NCBI GenBank assembly: GCA_951406725.2
Contig: OX597831.1
Location: 70,680,001-70,744,000, forward strand
DNA from: Octopus vulgaris
Taxonomy: Eukaryota
Direction: 5' to 3'
DNA length: 64,000 nt
The notes under the pieces were generated by a model. The model was not told the DNA's origin. It ran no database searches and saw only the letters and a list, made by a program, of their open reading frames with translations. Both the position numbers and the translations under genes were made by a program. This document shows, in pieces, positions 11,111-23,690 of the stretch (position 1 is the first letter of the stretch; each line of letters begins with the position of its first letter).

Positions 11111-11417
11111 CATTACTTACCTAAAACCTAGCTTAACTATGAAACCAAAACTATTTTGAATAGCAACTGAAATTCATTTCTTGTATGCAACTAACTAACA
11201 TGGAAAACCTTGAAGTTTTAAAAAGTTATCATAGTTAATATCATAAACTTTGTTCAATTTAGTGTGGCCCTCTGAATGACTCTGTAGTGAATAATTAAGT
11301 TTCAGACTGGTGGTACAATCATGTCACAGAAAAGGCTTTAAGCGAACTTGGAAATCAAAATTCTCTGGGATTTTGACATCTAGACAGAGGAAACAATTGA
11401 ACCCTGCAGATTATCAT

Positions 11418-11975
11418 TGGTAAGAAGGTTGTTTCTCAACCACATGGTTCCAAGTTCAGTTTGTGAGCATGTGTCTTCTATTACAGCCCTATTTCGTCTG
11501 TTGTTATGTTCCGAGTTCAAATTCCGCTGAGGTCGACTTTACCTTTCATATTTTCCGGGTCGATAAATTAAGTACCAGTTTCGCACTGGAATCGATGTAA
11601 TCAACTTAATCCCTTTGTCTGTCCTTGTTTTAGCCCCTTGTGGGTAGTAAAGAAATATATTACAGCCCTGGGGCCAACTAAAGCTTTGTGAGTGAATTTG
11701 GTGGATGGTAACTGAAAGAAGCTCATTGTATATATGTATGTGTGTATGCATGTGTGTGTGTGTGTTTGTCCCCCATACCTCTTGACAACTGGTATTGATT
11801 TGTTTATGTTGCTGTAAGCTTGCAATTCAGCAAAAAATTCCAATATAATAAGTACCAGACTTAAAAAGAAAAAAAATAAATAGTGAAGTCAATTATTCAG
11901 CAAAAATCCCTTCAAGGTGGTGCCCCAGCATGGCCACGGTCGCATGACTGAAAGAAGGAAATGACAAAAATAAAC
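11418..11975 (+). mobile_element. Old SINE A with nested SINE B (11490-11658)
   Basis: SINE A interrupted at TATTACAGCCCT, which is duplicated on both sides of the B insert. Confidence 0.8.
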
Positions 11976-12010
11976 GGTATGCATGTTTCAGTGTTAAATA
12001 TGTGCATGTT

Positions 12011-12083
12011 ATTGTTAATCAAAAGTCATTGTTAATCAAAAGTCATTGTTAATCAAAAGTCATTGTTAATCAAAGACATTGTT
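12011..12083. repeat. 17-bp tandem repeat ATTGTTAATCAAAAGTC x4
   Basis: Read directly from the sequence. Confidence 0.9.
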
Positions 12084-12214
12084 ATTGTATATGATTCCTT
12101 CTCAGACGCATATTCAACCATTGAGGTTTTTGCTCTTAAAAGGACAAAGGGAAATATTACCTGACTTGCAACCGAGTGAAGATATGCAACAGGAAGAGCA
12201 TCTGGACTGTTAAC

Positions 12215-12575
12215 GATTTACGTGTTTCTGTCATTAGACTGTGCCCATGCTGGGGCACTGCCTTGAAGAATTTTTAGTCAAATGAATTGACTCCAGTAGA
12301 CTTCATTTTAATCCTGGTACTTATTTTGTTGATTTCTTTTGTCATAAAACACACTAACACAACTTGTGAAGCAGTGGTGGGGCCCAAAAACATGCACACA
12401 TACACACACATATGCAATGGGTTTCTTCCAGTTTCCATCTAACAAATCCACTCATAAAGCTTTAGTTGACCTGGTGCTATAGTAGAAGACATTTGCCCAA
12501 TCTGCCATGGCAATGGGACTGAACTCAGAACCATGTGTTTGGGAAGCAAGCTTCTTACCACAGAGCCACACCTGC
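12215..12575 (-). mobile_element. SINE family A, diverged
   Basis: Recognisable head and core in reverse orientation. Confidence 0.75.
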
Positions 12576-12726
12576 TTCAACAAAATTTATCTCGTACATA
12601 CAAGTATGAAAAAGTGGACCTTGATGTCGATTCTATTGACCCCAACAGCTTATTTCAGTTTAGTTCTTCCATCTATTCATCCATCCTCCTCACCCACTAT
12701 TCCTGGGAGGAATGTTAGGATAGCAT

Positions 12727-13152
12727 AGGCGTAGGAGTGGCTGTGTGGTAAGTAGCTTGCTAACCAACCATATGGTTCCAGGTTCAGTCCCACTGCGTGG
12801 CATCTTGGGCAAGTGTCTTCTGCTATAGCTCCGGGCCGACTAATGCCTTGTGAGTGGATTTGGTAGATGGAAACTGAAAGAAGCCTGTCGTATATATATA
12901 TATATATATAAATATATATATATGTATGTGTGTGTTTGTGTGTCTGTGTTTGTCCCCCTAGTATTGCTTGGCAACCAATGCTGGTGTGTTTACGTCCCCG
13001 TCACTTAGCAGTTCGGCAAAAAGAGACCGATAGAATAAGTACTGGGCTTACAAGGAATAAGTCCCGGGGTCGATTTGCTCGACTAAAGGTGGTGCTCCAG
13101 CATGGCCACAGTCAAATGACTGTAACAAGTAAAAGAGTAAGGAGTAAGAGAG
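12727..13152 (+). mobile_element. SINE family A
   Basis: Full-length copy. Confidence 0.9.
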
Positions 13153-13754
13153 TCCTCAGGCACAACCTCTACAGGGTCCTGTCAGAAGCAACCATTATTA
13201 CACTTCCTGGCTGGATTTTCAAATGTGACCACCTGATATTCCCTAACCATCTCATTCTTGCTCTAAGACAAGGTCTCCTGCCATCTGACTTAGCTACAAG
13301 ACTCCATCTCTTGATTTCCAACAACATTCTATTCATACATCTGTTGTATCGGAATTGCGACCTATCAATACAGCAGAGTAGTAGCTCAACTTACCAGTAC
13401 TTAAATTATTAATTGCTATTTATTGAATGGCTGTGTTTCAGTCGTTTTTAAATAAAGGGATGCACACTGAGCTACAGAAATATAATCAAGCAAACCCATT
13501 GATACACACACAAACACACACAAATAAAGTTTGCGTGATAGTGCGTGAGTTGAGAGAATTTGTAAAAGAAAATAATTAATTGAAAGGCGTTCTAAATATT
13601 CCAATTATTTTGTTAAATAAACCAATCATTAATGCAATATATTTTATAATTCCTGCAATCTGCAATAGACAATGGCTATACACAAAATTTCTTGAAATAT
13701 CAAATTCATTTTTCTCTCTTGTTCTCTCTCACTTTTACTATATGTGCATATGAA

Positions 13755-13953
13755 CACACACAAACACACACACACACACTAACATACACAAACATACACA
13801 CACATATACATACATACGTATATATAAATATATATATATATACATATGTATATATATATACATATATATATATATACATATATATATATACATACATAAA
13901 TATATATATATATATATACATACATAAATACATATATATACATACATACATAA

Positions 13954-14008
<55 letters not shown>

Positions 14009-14030
14009 AACACACACATATACATACATA
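13755..14030. repeat. (CA)n/(TA)n compound microsatellite
   Basis: Read directly from the sequence. Confidence 0.9.
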
Positions 14031-14101
14031 TAAGAGTGAATTGGGCATGAAATTGTATACTCTATTATAGCTACCTCTCTTAACGCATGCAGGACATATA
14101 T

Positions 14102-14155
14102 TCATTCTGGATATTTAAAGAACAGTTCAAGTTTGTCGTCAGATGAATGCTTTAC
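14102..14155 (-). CDS. Candidate terminal coding exon ([17 protein letters not shown]), unknown gene
   Basis: Acceptor CATTTCATGTTCACCTCAG; phase 0, compatible with the candidate exon at 14743-14819; no homology recognised. Confidence 0.2.
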   Translation of the reverse strand, partial: VKHSSDDKLELFFKYPE

Positions 14156-14214
14156 CTGAGGTGAACATGAAATGCCAACTTGCAAGGTAATGTCAATAAC
14201 AGACTATATCATCT

Positions 14215-14289
14215 CAATACACACACACATACACAACACACATACACAACGCACACAACACAAAATATGCATACATGAATATATGTTAT

Positions 14290-14320
<31 letters not shown>

Positions 14321-14323
14321 CAT

Positions 14324-14378
<55 letters not shown>

Positions 14379-14680
14379 TAAATATATATATAAATATATA
14401 TATATTCATATATATATATATGAACATATATATATATATATGTACGTATATATATATACATATATATATGTACATATATATATATATATATATACATATA
14501 ATTATATATTTAAATTTTATATATATATATATAAAATCTTATTTCTACATGTGTATAATGATATCTATCATTTATTTATGCACGAGTGTGTATATATGTA
14601 TGTATGTGTGGTGTGGTGTGTGTATGTGTGTGTGTGTGTGTATGTGTGTGTGTGTGTGTGTGATGTGTGTGTGTATAGGT
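14215..14680. repeat. (CA)n(TA)n...(TG)n microsatellite block
   Basis: Read directly from the sequence. Confidence 0.9.
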
Positions 14681-14742
14681 AGAAGAATGTATATAGCCAG
14701 CCAAATGCCAGAAACGTGAGTGTGGAGAAGAAAAAGTCATAC

Positions 14743-14819
14743 GGAATGCTTGTGACATGACGGGTGCCAAAATGTCTGGCAGAAACCATTCTTCTCATAT
14801 TGTGAATCTATCCCTGGCA
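14743..14819 (-). CDS. Candidate internal exon (xPGIDSQYEKNGFCQTFWHPSCHKHS), unknown gene
   Basis: Strong acceptor ATTCTCTGTCTGTCTTCAG, donor GTATGA, one open frame, unique sequence between microsatellites. Confidence 0.3.
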
Positions 14820-15429
14820 CTGAAGACAGACAGAGAATATAAATGATGTTAATTATTTTACTAATATTGGCATTACATATCCTCTTGCATCTTTGCAGAA
14901 GTGTGTGTTTTCCAGCTTGTCTTGGTATTTTTCGTTTGCATGTGTGTGTTGGTTGTTTAGTGTTTGTGCCTGTGTACAGATGAACATGCCTGTGTCTCTA
15001 TATGCATGCATGTCTAAATATATCTTCTGTTGTATGCTCACAGACGGACACATGTATATATATATGTACTTGGAAATGCATAACACATATGCATGCACAC
15101 AGACTCACACATACACACACACACACCGATGCACATACACCAATGCACACACACACACACTGATGCGCACAGACATGCACATATGCCTGCATGCACACAC
15201 ACACCCATGTACACACACATATCATACACATACATACACCCATGCACACACATACACACACACACACGCGCGCACACACACACCCATGTACACACACACA
15301 CACACACACACGTGCGCACAAACACCTATGCACACACACACACACACACACAGGAGTTTACTGTGATTTCAAGCTTGGATATTTGAATGATTTGAAGAAA
15401 GCCTTAAGAGGCAAAATATGAACTCCCAT

Positions 15430-16860
15430 CCAACACCCACCTCTTTTTCCTGAATGATGTCCTTCTCAATTCCTCTAAGTAAATCTGTTTCCTCCAACAA
15501 TCTCCAAACCTCTCCCTATCACTAACACTCTTTGCCCATAATTCTTCCTGCATCAAGAATATCTACCTCTTTCTGATTTAATCATCCACCATGACTTCAG
15601 TGCTCACATTTATCCCATTCTGATGTGATACTATTCAGCAATCAGATAGTTTATATTCTTCAACTACCTCCGATGATTGAATTTGTCCCCAATTTACATC
15701 TCCGATGAACATGCATATAGAGACACAGGCATGTTCATCTGTACGCATGCACTAACACTAAACAACCAACACATACGTGCAAACGAAAAATACCAAAACA
15801 AGCTGGAAAACACACACTTCTGCAAAGATGCAAGAGGATATGTAATGCCAATATTAGTAAAATAAATAACATTGATCTCTTTATTGCCCCTAAACCTATC
15901 CTCCACGAAATTATAATTGCCTCTCTGTCCCCATTTCATCATCTGAACGTTGCTTTAGCATGACTTCTCACATCCACATTCCATATAACCTCCCTCATCT
16001 CAAATATAATGGTTCTGTAACCAGAAATCTCAGGAAGAAAGACTTCACATCTACTTAGTTCTATAGAAAATACTTTCACATTTACTGACAATTTTGAATC
16101 CAGCCCTTCAGGGTCACACTGGTGGAGATCTTTTCTGTAACCCTTCCATTCCTCTCATCTAGATTCACTGCTCTGTACAGACACACAGCAGGTATGAAAT
16201 TAACTACTTCCTGACAATATCGCTTCCTTTATCCTCAAACAATGCAAACAGCTATCCTTATCAAACTTTTCAGTCTCTGTCCCAATCCTTATAAACACAT
16301 TTCTCAGGCCAGCCACTCTGGCCTTGCCAGTTACCATCCTATTGCACCCTCTTCCAACATCTGATAGATTATGGAGAGTACCATTAATAACAATCTCCTC
16401 CAGTTACTTGACTCTTTCTCTCTCCCTCTCCCCCTCTCTCTCTCTCTTTCTTTCTCTTCTCAGTTACTACCGATATAACTTCTCAAAGAGAAATCTGTTG
16501 GAGGACCACTCCACTAATTATTCAGCAGTGTGCCCTCACCCTCAAGAAATTTGATGAAAACAATTATTCCACTCTGTATCAGCAAAGCATTTAACTGTGC
16601 TCCACAAGGAAATTACTTGGCAAAACTGCCTCCCTATGGGCTCCATTCATCTAACTTCATTAGGTCAGTAGCTTCTTTTCAGCTCTGACCATCATAGCAT
16701 GTGCTGATGGCACTCTTTCTAATCCACATTCCATCTGCTGTTGTGTGGGACATCATTTGATTTACTTCCCTACACTCTCTCTCTTAGTCATCAGTAAAGT
16801 AATTTCCATCACTTCTACACCTTACATTCCTCACTAAACTCCAACATCCAGTCATTAGCC
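15430..16860 (+). pseudogene. CR1/L2-like LINE ORF2 relic (reverse transcriptase region)
   Basis: About 16565-16800 reads IIPLCISKAFNC...LAKLPPYGLH, resembling LDISKAFDRVWH..LLAKLPSYG; continues at 17930-18545. Confidence 0.65.
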
Positions 16861-16870
16861 ATATGTAAGT

Positions 16871-17280
16871 TACTCTCTCTTTTCTCTTTTACTCGTTTCA
16901 GTCATTTGACTGTGGCCATGCTGTAGCACCGCCTTTAGTCGAGACAATCGACCCCAGGACTTATTCTTTGCAAGACAAGTACTTATTCTATCGGTCTCTT
17001 TTGCCAAACCGCTAAGTTACAGGGACGTAAACACACCAGCATCGGTTGTCAAGGGATGTTGGGGGGACAAACACAGACACACAAACCCATACGCACACAC
17101 ATATATATATACATATATATGATGAGCTTCTTTCAGTTTACGTCTACCAAATCCACTCACAAGGCTTTGATCAGCCTGAGGCTATAGTAGAAGACACTTG
17201 CCCAAGGTGCCATGCAGTGGGACTGAACCCAGAACCATGTAGTAGGTAAGCAAGCTACTTACCACACAGCCACTCCTGTG
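16871..17280 (-). mobile_element. SINE family A
   Basis: Full-length reverse copy inserted in the LINE relic. Confidence 0.9.
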
Positions 17281-17419
17281 TTAGGGACCTTATGCAAAAC
17301 TTACCCTGACATACTTCTTGCAGAGAAAGGGTGCATAAGGTCATAGAGGTAGTCAGAGTGAGTGATAAAGTGCTTAATCTCAGGTTAGTCTGCAGAATAG
17401 CATAGCATCACAGAACTCC

Positions 17420-17930
17420 AGTAGCCTTGTTCCTTCTTTGTTTCATGAACCAATTCCATGGCCCCCATGTACAGCATGGAAAATACTGGGCTGCCATCTG
17501 ACATGCCCATTGAAGTCCCCAGCCATGAGGATGAGATCCTTGTCATTCGTTTTTGAGGTAGCTTGCAGGTGAATATCATAAAAATGGTCCTTCTGTTCAT
17601 TTGGTAGGCCTACTTGTGGGGTAGAGGCAGGGATAATTGATGCTATGCTATTCTGTAAGACTAACCTGAGATTAAGCACTTTATCACTCACTCTGACTAC
17701 CTCTATGACCTTATCCACCCTTTCTCGGCAAGAAGTATGCCCACACTGCCTACCCCATCACTGTTACCTTCCCAGAAGATTTTATACCTATGTGTCTTGC
17801 CTGTGAGGAACCTGGTCAAAGCTCCTCTCCACCTTACCTCTTGCATGCAGCATACATCAACATCCGTCCTTTCAAGCAGCTCAACAATCTCATTAGACCT
17901 ACTTTAACAGTGCCTACATTAACAACATGC
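17420..17930 (-). pseudogene. RTE LINE apurinic-like endonuclease fragment
   Basis: VNVGT...YKIFWEGNSDGVGSVGILLA...VDKVIEVVRVSDKVLNLRLV...LMAGDFNGHV (ORF 17443-17718). Confidence 0.85.
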
Positions 17931-18545
17931 TGCATAAAATCATAATTAACTGGTCCTCCTGCACTTTCTTTTACATAATGCCTGGAACTTTTCAGTACCC
18001 ACTTGTATTTAACACAGCAAAGTCTAAAACCAAAGTCTAAGCCCTCTTTAATTCTTAATACCCTGCCAGGTTCAGATGATGGCCACAATGGAGTGCGATC
18101 AACACATCTGATATATTGCATTCACAGACAGTCCTCGAACTGATTGACATGAAGTCACTCACTGACACACTCTAACCTTTGGCTCACAGGCACAGTGTTG
18201 CCACTCTTTGATTTTCCTACACTACAACAATGTGCACAACTACATTAGTCCAAGCTTCAAGAAGGTGACCCCTTCTTGTACCACTTCTACTCAAGTACTC
18301 ATCACTTACTTATCTTTCCCCTTCTCATTGTATTGTTTTACCCCTCCAAACCTCATACTAATCCTTACAACCAGTCCTTTATTTCTCACAACTTCGGCCT
18401 TCTGAAATTTCTTCTCTTCACATGTGTTTCCTGCAACAATCAACTTGTGACTCTTCTAGAGGAACATTAACCTTATTAGTCTCACCAGGGGTATAACCTC
18501 TTTCCTTCACACCAAACTGAAACATGAGAATTCTTCTCACCAGTG
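17930..18545 (+). pseudogene. 3' part of the CR1/L2-like LINE relic
   Basis: Decayed motifs resembling MEYCSHIW and KPHTNPYNQSFIS..VFP. Confidence 0.5.
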
Positions 18546-18602
18546 ACTTAAATATTTTTTTATTTCCAAGTTTTGTACAGTTTTTTAAGAAATATACTTA
18601 TT

Positions 18603-18896
18603 ATAGTATGGTTGTATACTGTCAATCTAACGTGAACGTGACAGTAGGGGGTTACACCACCGCTGTTTAGCCCTAGGAAGCATCGACGCTTCCTGCTGGC
18701 TTTGACACATTTTTCCTGTGTCCTTATATACATTTACGAAGGGGGTGTTTGTCTCCCCTTCGTAAATGTATATAAGGACACAGGAAAAATGTGTCAAAGC
18801 CATCAGGAGGCGTCGATGCTTCCTAGGGCTAAACAGCGGTGGTGTAACCCCCTACTGTCACGTTCACGTTAGATTGACAGTATACAACCATTCTAT
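18603..18896. mobile_element. 294-bp foldback/palindromic element (MITE-like)
   Basis: 142-bp arms at 18603-18744 and 18755-18896, 3 mismatches, 10-nt loop. Confidence 0.85.
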
Positions 18897-19234
18897 CGCC
18901 CCACCACCGTACATATCTCTATGAGAGATTTGGAAATTTGATATTTCTGACTTGTTGTAGTATTTATATTGAAACCTTTACTATTAGTTTTCAATGTGTG
19001 TTTGTGTGTCGGTATGTACATGTGTGTGTTTTTGTGCATGTGCAGCCTTTCATATATTTTTCTTTATAATTTTACCAATAAATAATAAACTATATGATGG
19101 AAATCAGCCCTTGTGTATTATTATTGATAAAGATAACTCTTTCTGAACACAAAATTATGTATGCATGTGTGTGTGTGAGTGAGAGAGATTGTACACATGT
19201 ATAAATGTATGCATGTATTATACATGTGTATATG

Positions 19235-19279
<45 letters not shown>

Positions 19280-19283
<4 letters not shown>

Positions 19284-19425
19284 CTTTACTGCCCACAAAG
19301 GGCCAAACACAGAGGGGACAAACAAGGACAGGCAAAGGGATTAAGTCGATTACATCGACCCCAGTGCGTTACTGATACTTTATTTATCGACCCCAAAAGG
19401 ATGAAAGGCAAAGTCGACCTTGGGA
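19280..19425 (-). mobile_element. SINE B, 5'-truncated, inside (TA)n
   Basis: GGATGAAAGGCAAAGTCGACC core and tail. Confidence 0.85.
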
Positions 19426-19497
19426 TATATATATATATATATATATTTAGTCCAACCCATGCTAGCATGGAAAGCGGACGTTAAATGATGATGATGA

Positions 19498-19535
<38 letters not shown>

Positions 19536-19980
19536 CACTCGTGTACTCATACTTGTATATGACTATCTGTATGTGTGTTTGTGTATGCATGTGTATTTTG
19601 GGAGATGTCAAAGGTCTACGTTCTCCTCTGCAGAAAAATAAATGGAGATGTGTGCAGATTAAGTAAGATATATCAGTTTACAAGCTGTGCATCCACCACA
19701 TGCATGTAATGCAGAATATGCATGTACATGCAGTAATGTATTCAAATTGATAGATATTTAGTGCCTGTGTCTCAGTATATTCATATTTTGGTACATTCAT
19801 GTATATTCATAGACATATACTTGTGTGTATATATGTGTGCATGCATATTTTGTATATAACAGCTGTATTGTGCAAGTACAGTTGGCATGTTGATAGATGT
19901 CACCTTATCTCTGGACATGTCTTTATTTATTTCTGCTGCTAAAGGAAGGGAAAATAGATCTTTAACATCATTGGAAGCAA

Positions 19981-20045
19981 GCGCACACACACACACGCAT
20001 GCATGCACGTGCACATACACACACACACAGATACACACACACACG

Positions 20046-20139
<94 letters not shown>

Positions 20140-20158
20140 CACACACACACACACACAT
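19981..20158. repeat. (CA)n microsatellite
   Basis: Read directly from the sequence. Confidence 0.95.
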
Positions 20159-21081
20159 GTTTACACTCACTATCAAAGTACTTTTGATAACTGTTATCAC
20201 TCACTGTTCTTAACCCATAGGATACATGCATATAAGGTTATACTGTAAAATTGATATACTAATTTTTCTAGAATGTGCTTTGCATGCACACATCAGTTTT
20301 TATCTCTTTTTATTTTCATCTTTTGGCTCTTCTTTTGAGATTCTTCAGTCAATAAAATATTCAAAGACTATTGGAGAAGTAAATCATTGCACAAATCTTC
20401 AAGGTGTATAGAAACAATAGAAAAAGTAATAATTCCCACCGCCCCCTCTTATTTCATAACATATTTGGTTATTTCCTCTTTCCTATTAAATTTACAATAA
20501 ATTCTTACTTTGTACCACCTGCTTCATGCTTCCTGAACTAACAAAATTGGTCAGATTTCTTAGGCTGAAGTAATTAAATTAACTAAACTGACCACTGATC
20601 TATTGCCTTTGTTTAGTTTATATTCACAATTCTTATTTCTGTTTTTGTATATTCGAATTCATATATATTGTTTTCTTATATTTTGTTACATTCTGGAAAT
20701 GATTGAACGGCCTTTGTTGCTTTTCTCAGTACTTTGATCTCTAAGCACTTTAAATGAATAGATTTAGATGTGAGTGATGTTTGATAATTTATTGGATCAG
20801 GGGGATACCACAGAAGAAATCATCGACAAATGATGGGACCAGGAAGGATACACTGCTGTTTCCATTGAAAGATTTCGGTTTAGCACTGCAAAGTTGCAAA
20901 ATAGTTGCTATTCTTTCAGTTCTCTTTTGAATAACAAGTTGGTAGATATTAAAGAATGAGTGATGACTGGATGGAAGAGTGACAGGGTTGCCTGCTGCAT
21001 AGAAACTTAGCAGCAAAATGGACGATAACATACCCGATGTTAAGAGACCAGAAATGCAAATTACCTTACATACACATATAT

Positions 21082-21313
21082 ATTTCTTTATTTCCCACAA
21101 GGGGCTAAACACAGAGGAGACAAACAAGGACAGACAAAGGGATTAAGTCGACTACAGCGACCCCAGTGCATAACTGGTACTTAATTTATCGACCCCGGAA
21201 GGATGAAAGGCAAAGTCGACCTCGATGGAATTTGAACTCGGAATGTAACGGCAGACAAAATACGGCAATGCATTTCGCCTGGCGTGCTAACGTTTCTGCC
21301 AGCTCGCCGCCTT
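21082..21313 (-). mobile_element. SINE B, full length
   Basis: Minus-strand head AAGGCGGCGAGCTGGCAG, Meta-like core, TSD ACATACACATATAT. Confidence 0.9.
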
Positions 21314-21805
21314 ACATACACATATATGTCATAGCAATACACAAGTCACAGTAGTACATAAGTCTCGCCTTCTTTGTGTTTATAATATTGTGACTTTTGC
21401 TGTTGACTAATACATAAACTGCATGTTGCTTTGCATAAATACTATTTGTATCTTCACTAGAAATTGGGATTATTTCAGCTAAGCAAAACATTTAGTTAAA
21501 ATAATCACAAGCATTGTCAATGCAGTCAAGCAAAGCACCAGAGCCATAGATATGGTAGCTATATTTTTCTATAGTCTACAGACCAACTTTAATTTTTAAA
21601 TCATCAGTCTTGACTGGCAGACAGATTGTGCAACTTTATTTGATTAAGATTACTATTGGAGGATGGAGAACTCTAACTGTATGTTTTCAATATCCGAAGG
21701 TTATTTTTTGTTTTTGTACAAGATGTCAACCGACATATGTTCATTTATACCACTGATATTCATATACACGCATATGCACACATGCTTTGCATAACAGTGC
21801 AAGGA

Positions 21806-22090
21806 TGTGTGTGTGCATGTGCGTGTATGCATGTGCATGTGTGAGTGTGTGTGTGTGTGCATGCATGTCTGTGTGAATGCATGTGTGTGTGTGCGTGCAT
21901 GTGTTTGTGCGTGCATGTATGTGTGCATGCATGTGTGTGTGCATGCATGTGTGTGCATGCATGTGTGTGCATGCATGCATGTGTGTGTGCATACATGTGT
22001 GTGTTCATGCATGCATGTGTGTGCATGCATGTGTGTGTGCATGTGTGTGTACATGCATGTGTGTGTGCATGCATGTGTGTGTGTGCAAGT
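21806..22090. repeat. (TG)n/(TGCA)n alternating purine-pyrimidine tract
   Basis: Read directly from the sequence. Confidence 0.9.
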
Positions 22091-23289
22091 ACAATGTGTT
22101 TGTCAGTGTGTGTGTCTTACTGCATGCTGCAATTCTGAAGCCCAAGGCAAAGTCTGAGTAGAAAAGTCACATGCAGTCTATTGTAGCTGAGGAAAAGGCT
22201 GCTACTTGTCTATGAGTATACATGACAATTGAAACTGCATTTTTTGTAATGAGAAATCATTTTCTAAATATCTAAGATATAACAACCATAATCATCTCAC
22301 CTTGGCAAACAACTAGAATTACCTCATCTTTTACATTTAGCCTTTTTTAGATTGTAGTGTGCAGTTTGAACATAGTTACATCCTATTTCTAACAGTTGAG
22401 CAACAACATAGAGGGTCACTTATTAATTTGAGACCCTGGAAGTAAAATTCATAGGTGTTCACTCTTTCATTTCAATTTTGTTGGGCAATTATAAAATAAA
22501 TTAGTATTGATTTCATGTGACTATTTTGATCCTCTTAAAAACTTTGGTCTAGTGATTAGTGAAAATAAGTCATCATCATCATTATCATCCTTATCATTTT
22601 GTTCCTATTTTTGCTTTTCCTTGTTGGTGTGGGTCAGACAAATCTTATTGAAGCAGTATTAGTTATAGCTAAGAGCCCTTCCCTTTGCCAACTTTTACCT
22701 GTTTTTCACTGATGATGCAATGTTAGGCCCTTGTATGGCTCTTGAGCCTTACCAAAGATTTGCACATTCTATTACATAATGCAGTTGTGCTGGTTAGCAG
22801 AGGGTACAGGTTCCACAGTATGAATTTTGTGCCTTTTTTTAGGCTTCAGCCAGCCATGTACATGCAAGAGGTTCATTTCCTTTTCCTTTTGAGTAATACC
22901 CGTGTTTCATGCTTTTTAAAGTGAAGAAAAGTTTTGCACAGAACTAATCCCATTCGCTAAACTACAAAGCATGATACAAAAAGAAGAGCAACTTCACATC
23001 ATTGGGTGCATTTGCAGTCACGAGTTTCATATCAGACTGTCCTTTAGCCAATCTTTGTTCAATCAAAGGCTAACCACAAGGCAGCAGTGAAGCATTTGAA
23101 TTCAGAGTTACTTTCTCCTAGATAAATGGTAAGGTTTGATGACTGAGATATTTGGTTGCTATTTAAAGCAGGTCGAGTGATAACGGAGAGACTTCCTTGA
23201 ATCTTATCTTTGATGGATTAGATAGAGATAAAGTAGTAGAGATAAATGTAACCAAATAAATGAGGTATGTCATTTAAGACTATTTTCCA

Positions 23290-23690
23290 GGTGTGCCTGT
23301 GTGGAAAGAAGCTTGCTCCCACACCACATAGACCAGGGTTCAATCCTACTGTGTGGAATCTTAGGCAAGTATCTTCTACTATAGCCTCAGGTCAACCAAA
23401 GCCTTGTGGGTGGATGTGGTTGATGGAAATCAAAAGAAATCCATAACATGTATGTGTGTGTGTGTGTGTTTATTTTAGTCTGTGTTTGTTCCCTATCACT
23501 GCTTGACAACTAGTGTTGGTATGTTTTATCCCCCGTAACTTAGCAGTTCAGCAAAAGAAACTGATAAAATAAGTACCAGGCTTAAAAAGAAAATTAGTTT
23601 TGGGTTCAATTCATTTGACTAAAAATCCTTCAATGTGGTGCCCCATCATGGCCACAGTCTAATGATTGAAATAAATGAAAGAAAAACTAA
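23290..23690 (+). mobile_element. SINE family A, diverged
   Basis: Colinear degenerate match to family A. Confidence 0.75.

Noticed and set aside
20789-21065. ORF 20789-21127 (-)
   Set aside because: It starts inside SINE B, has no recognisable homology and no clear splice pair
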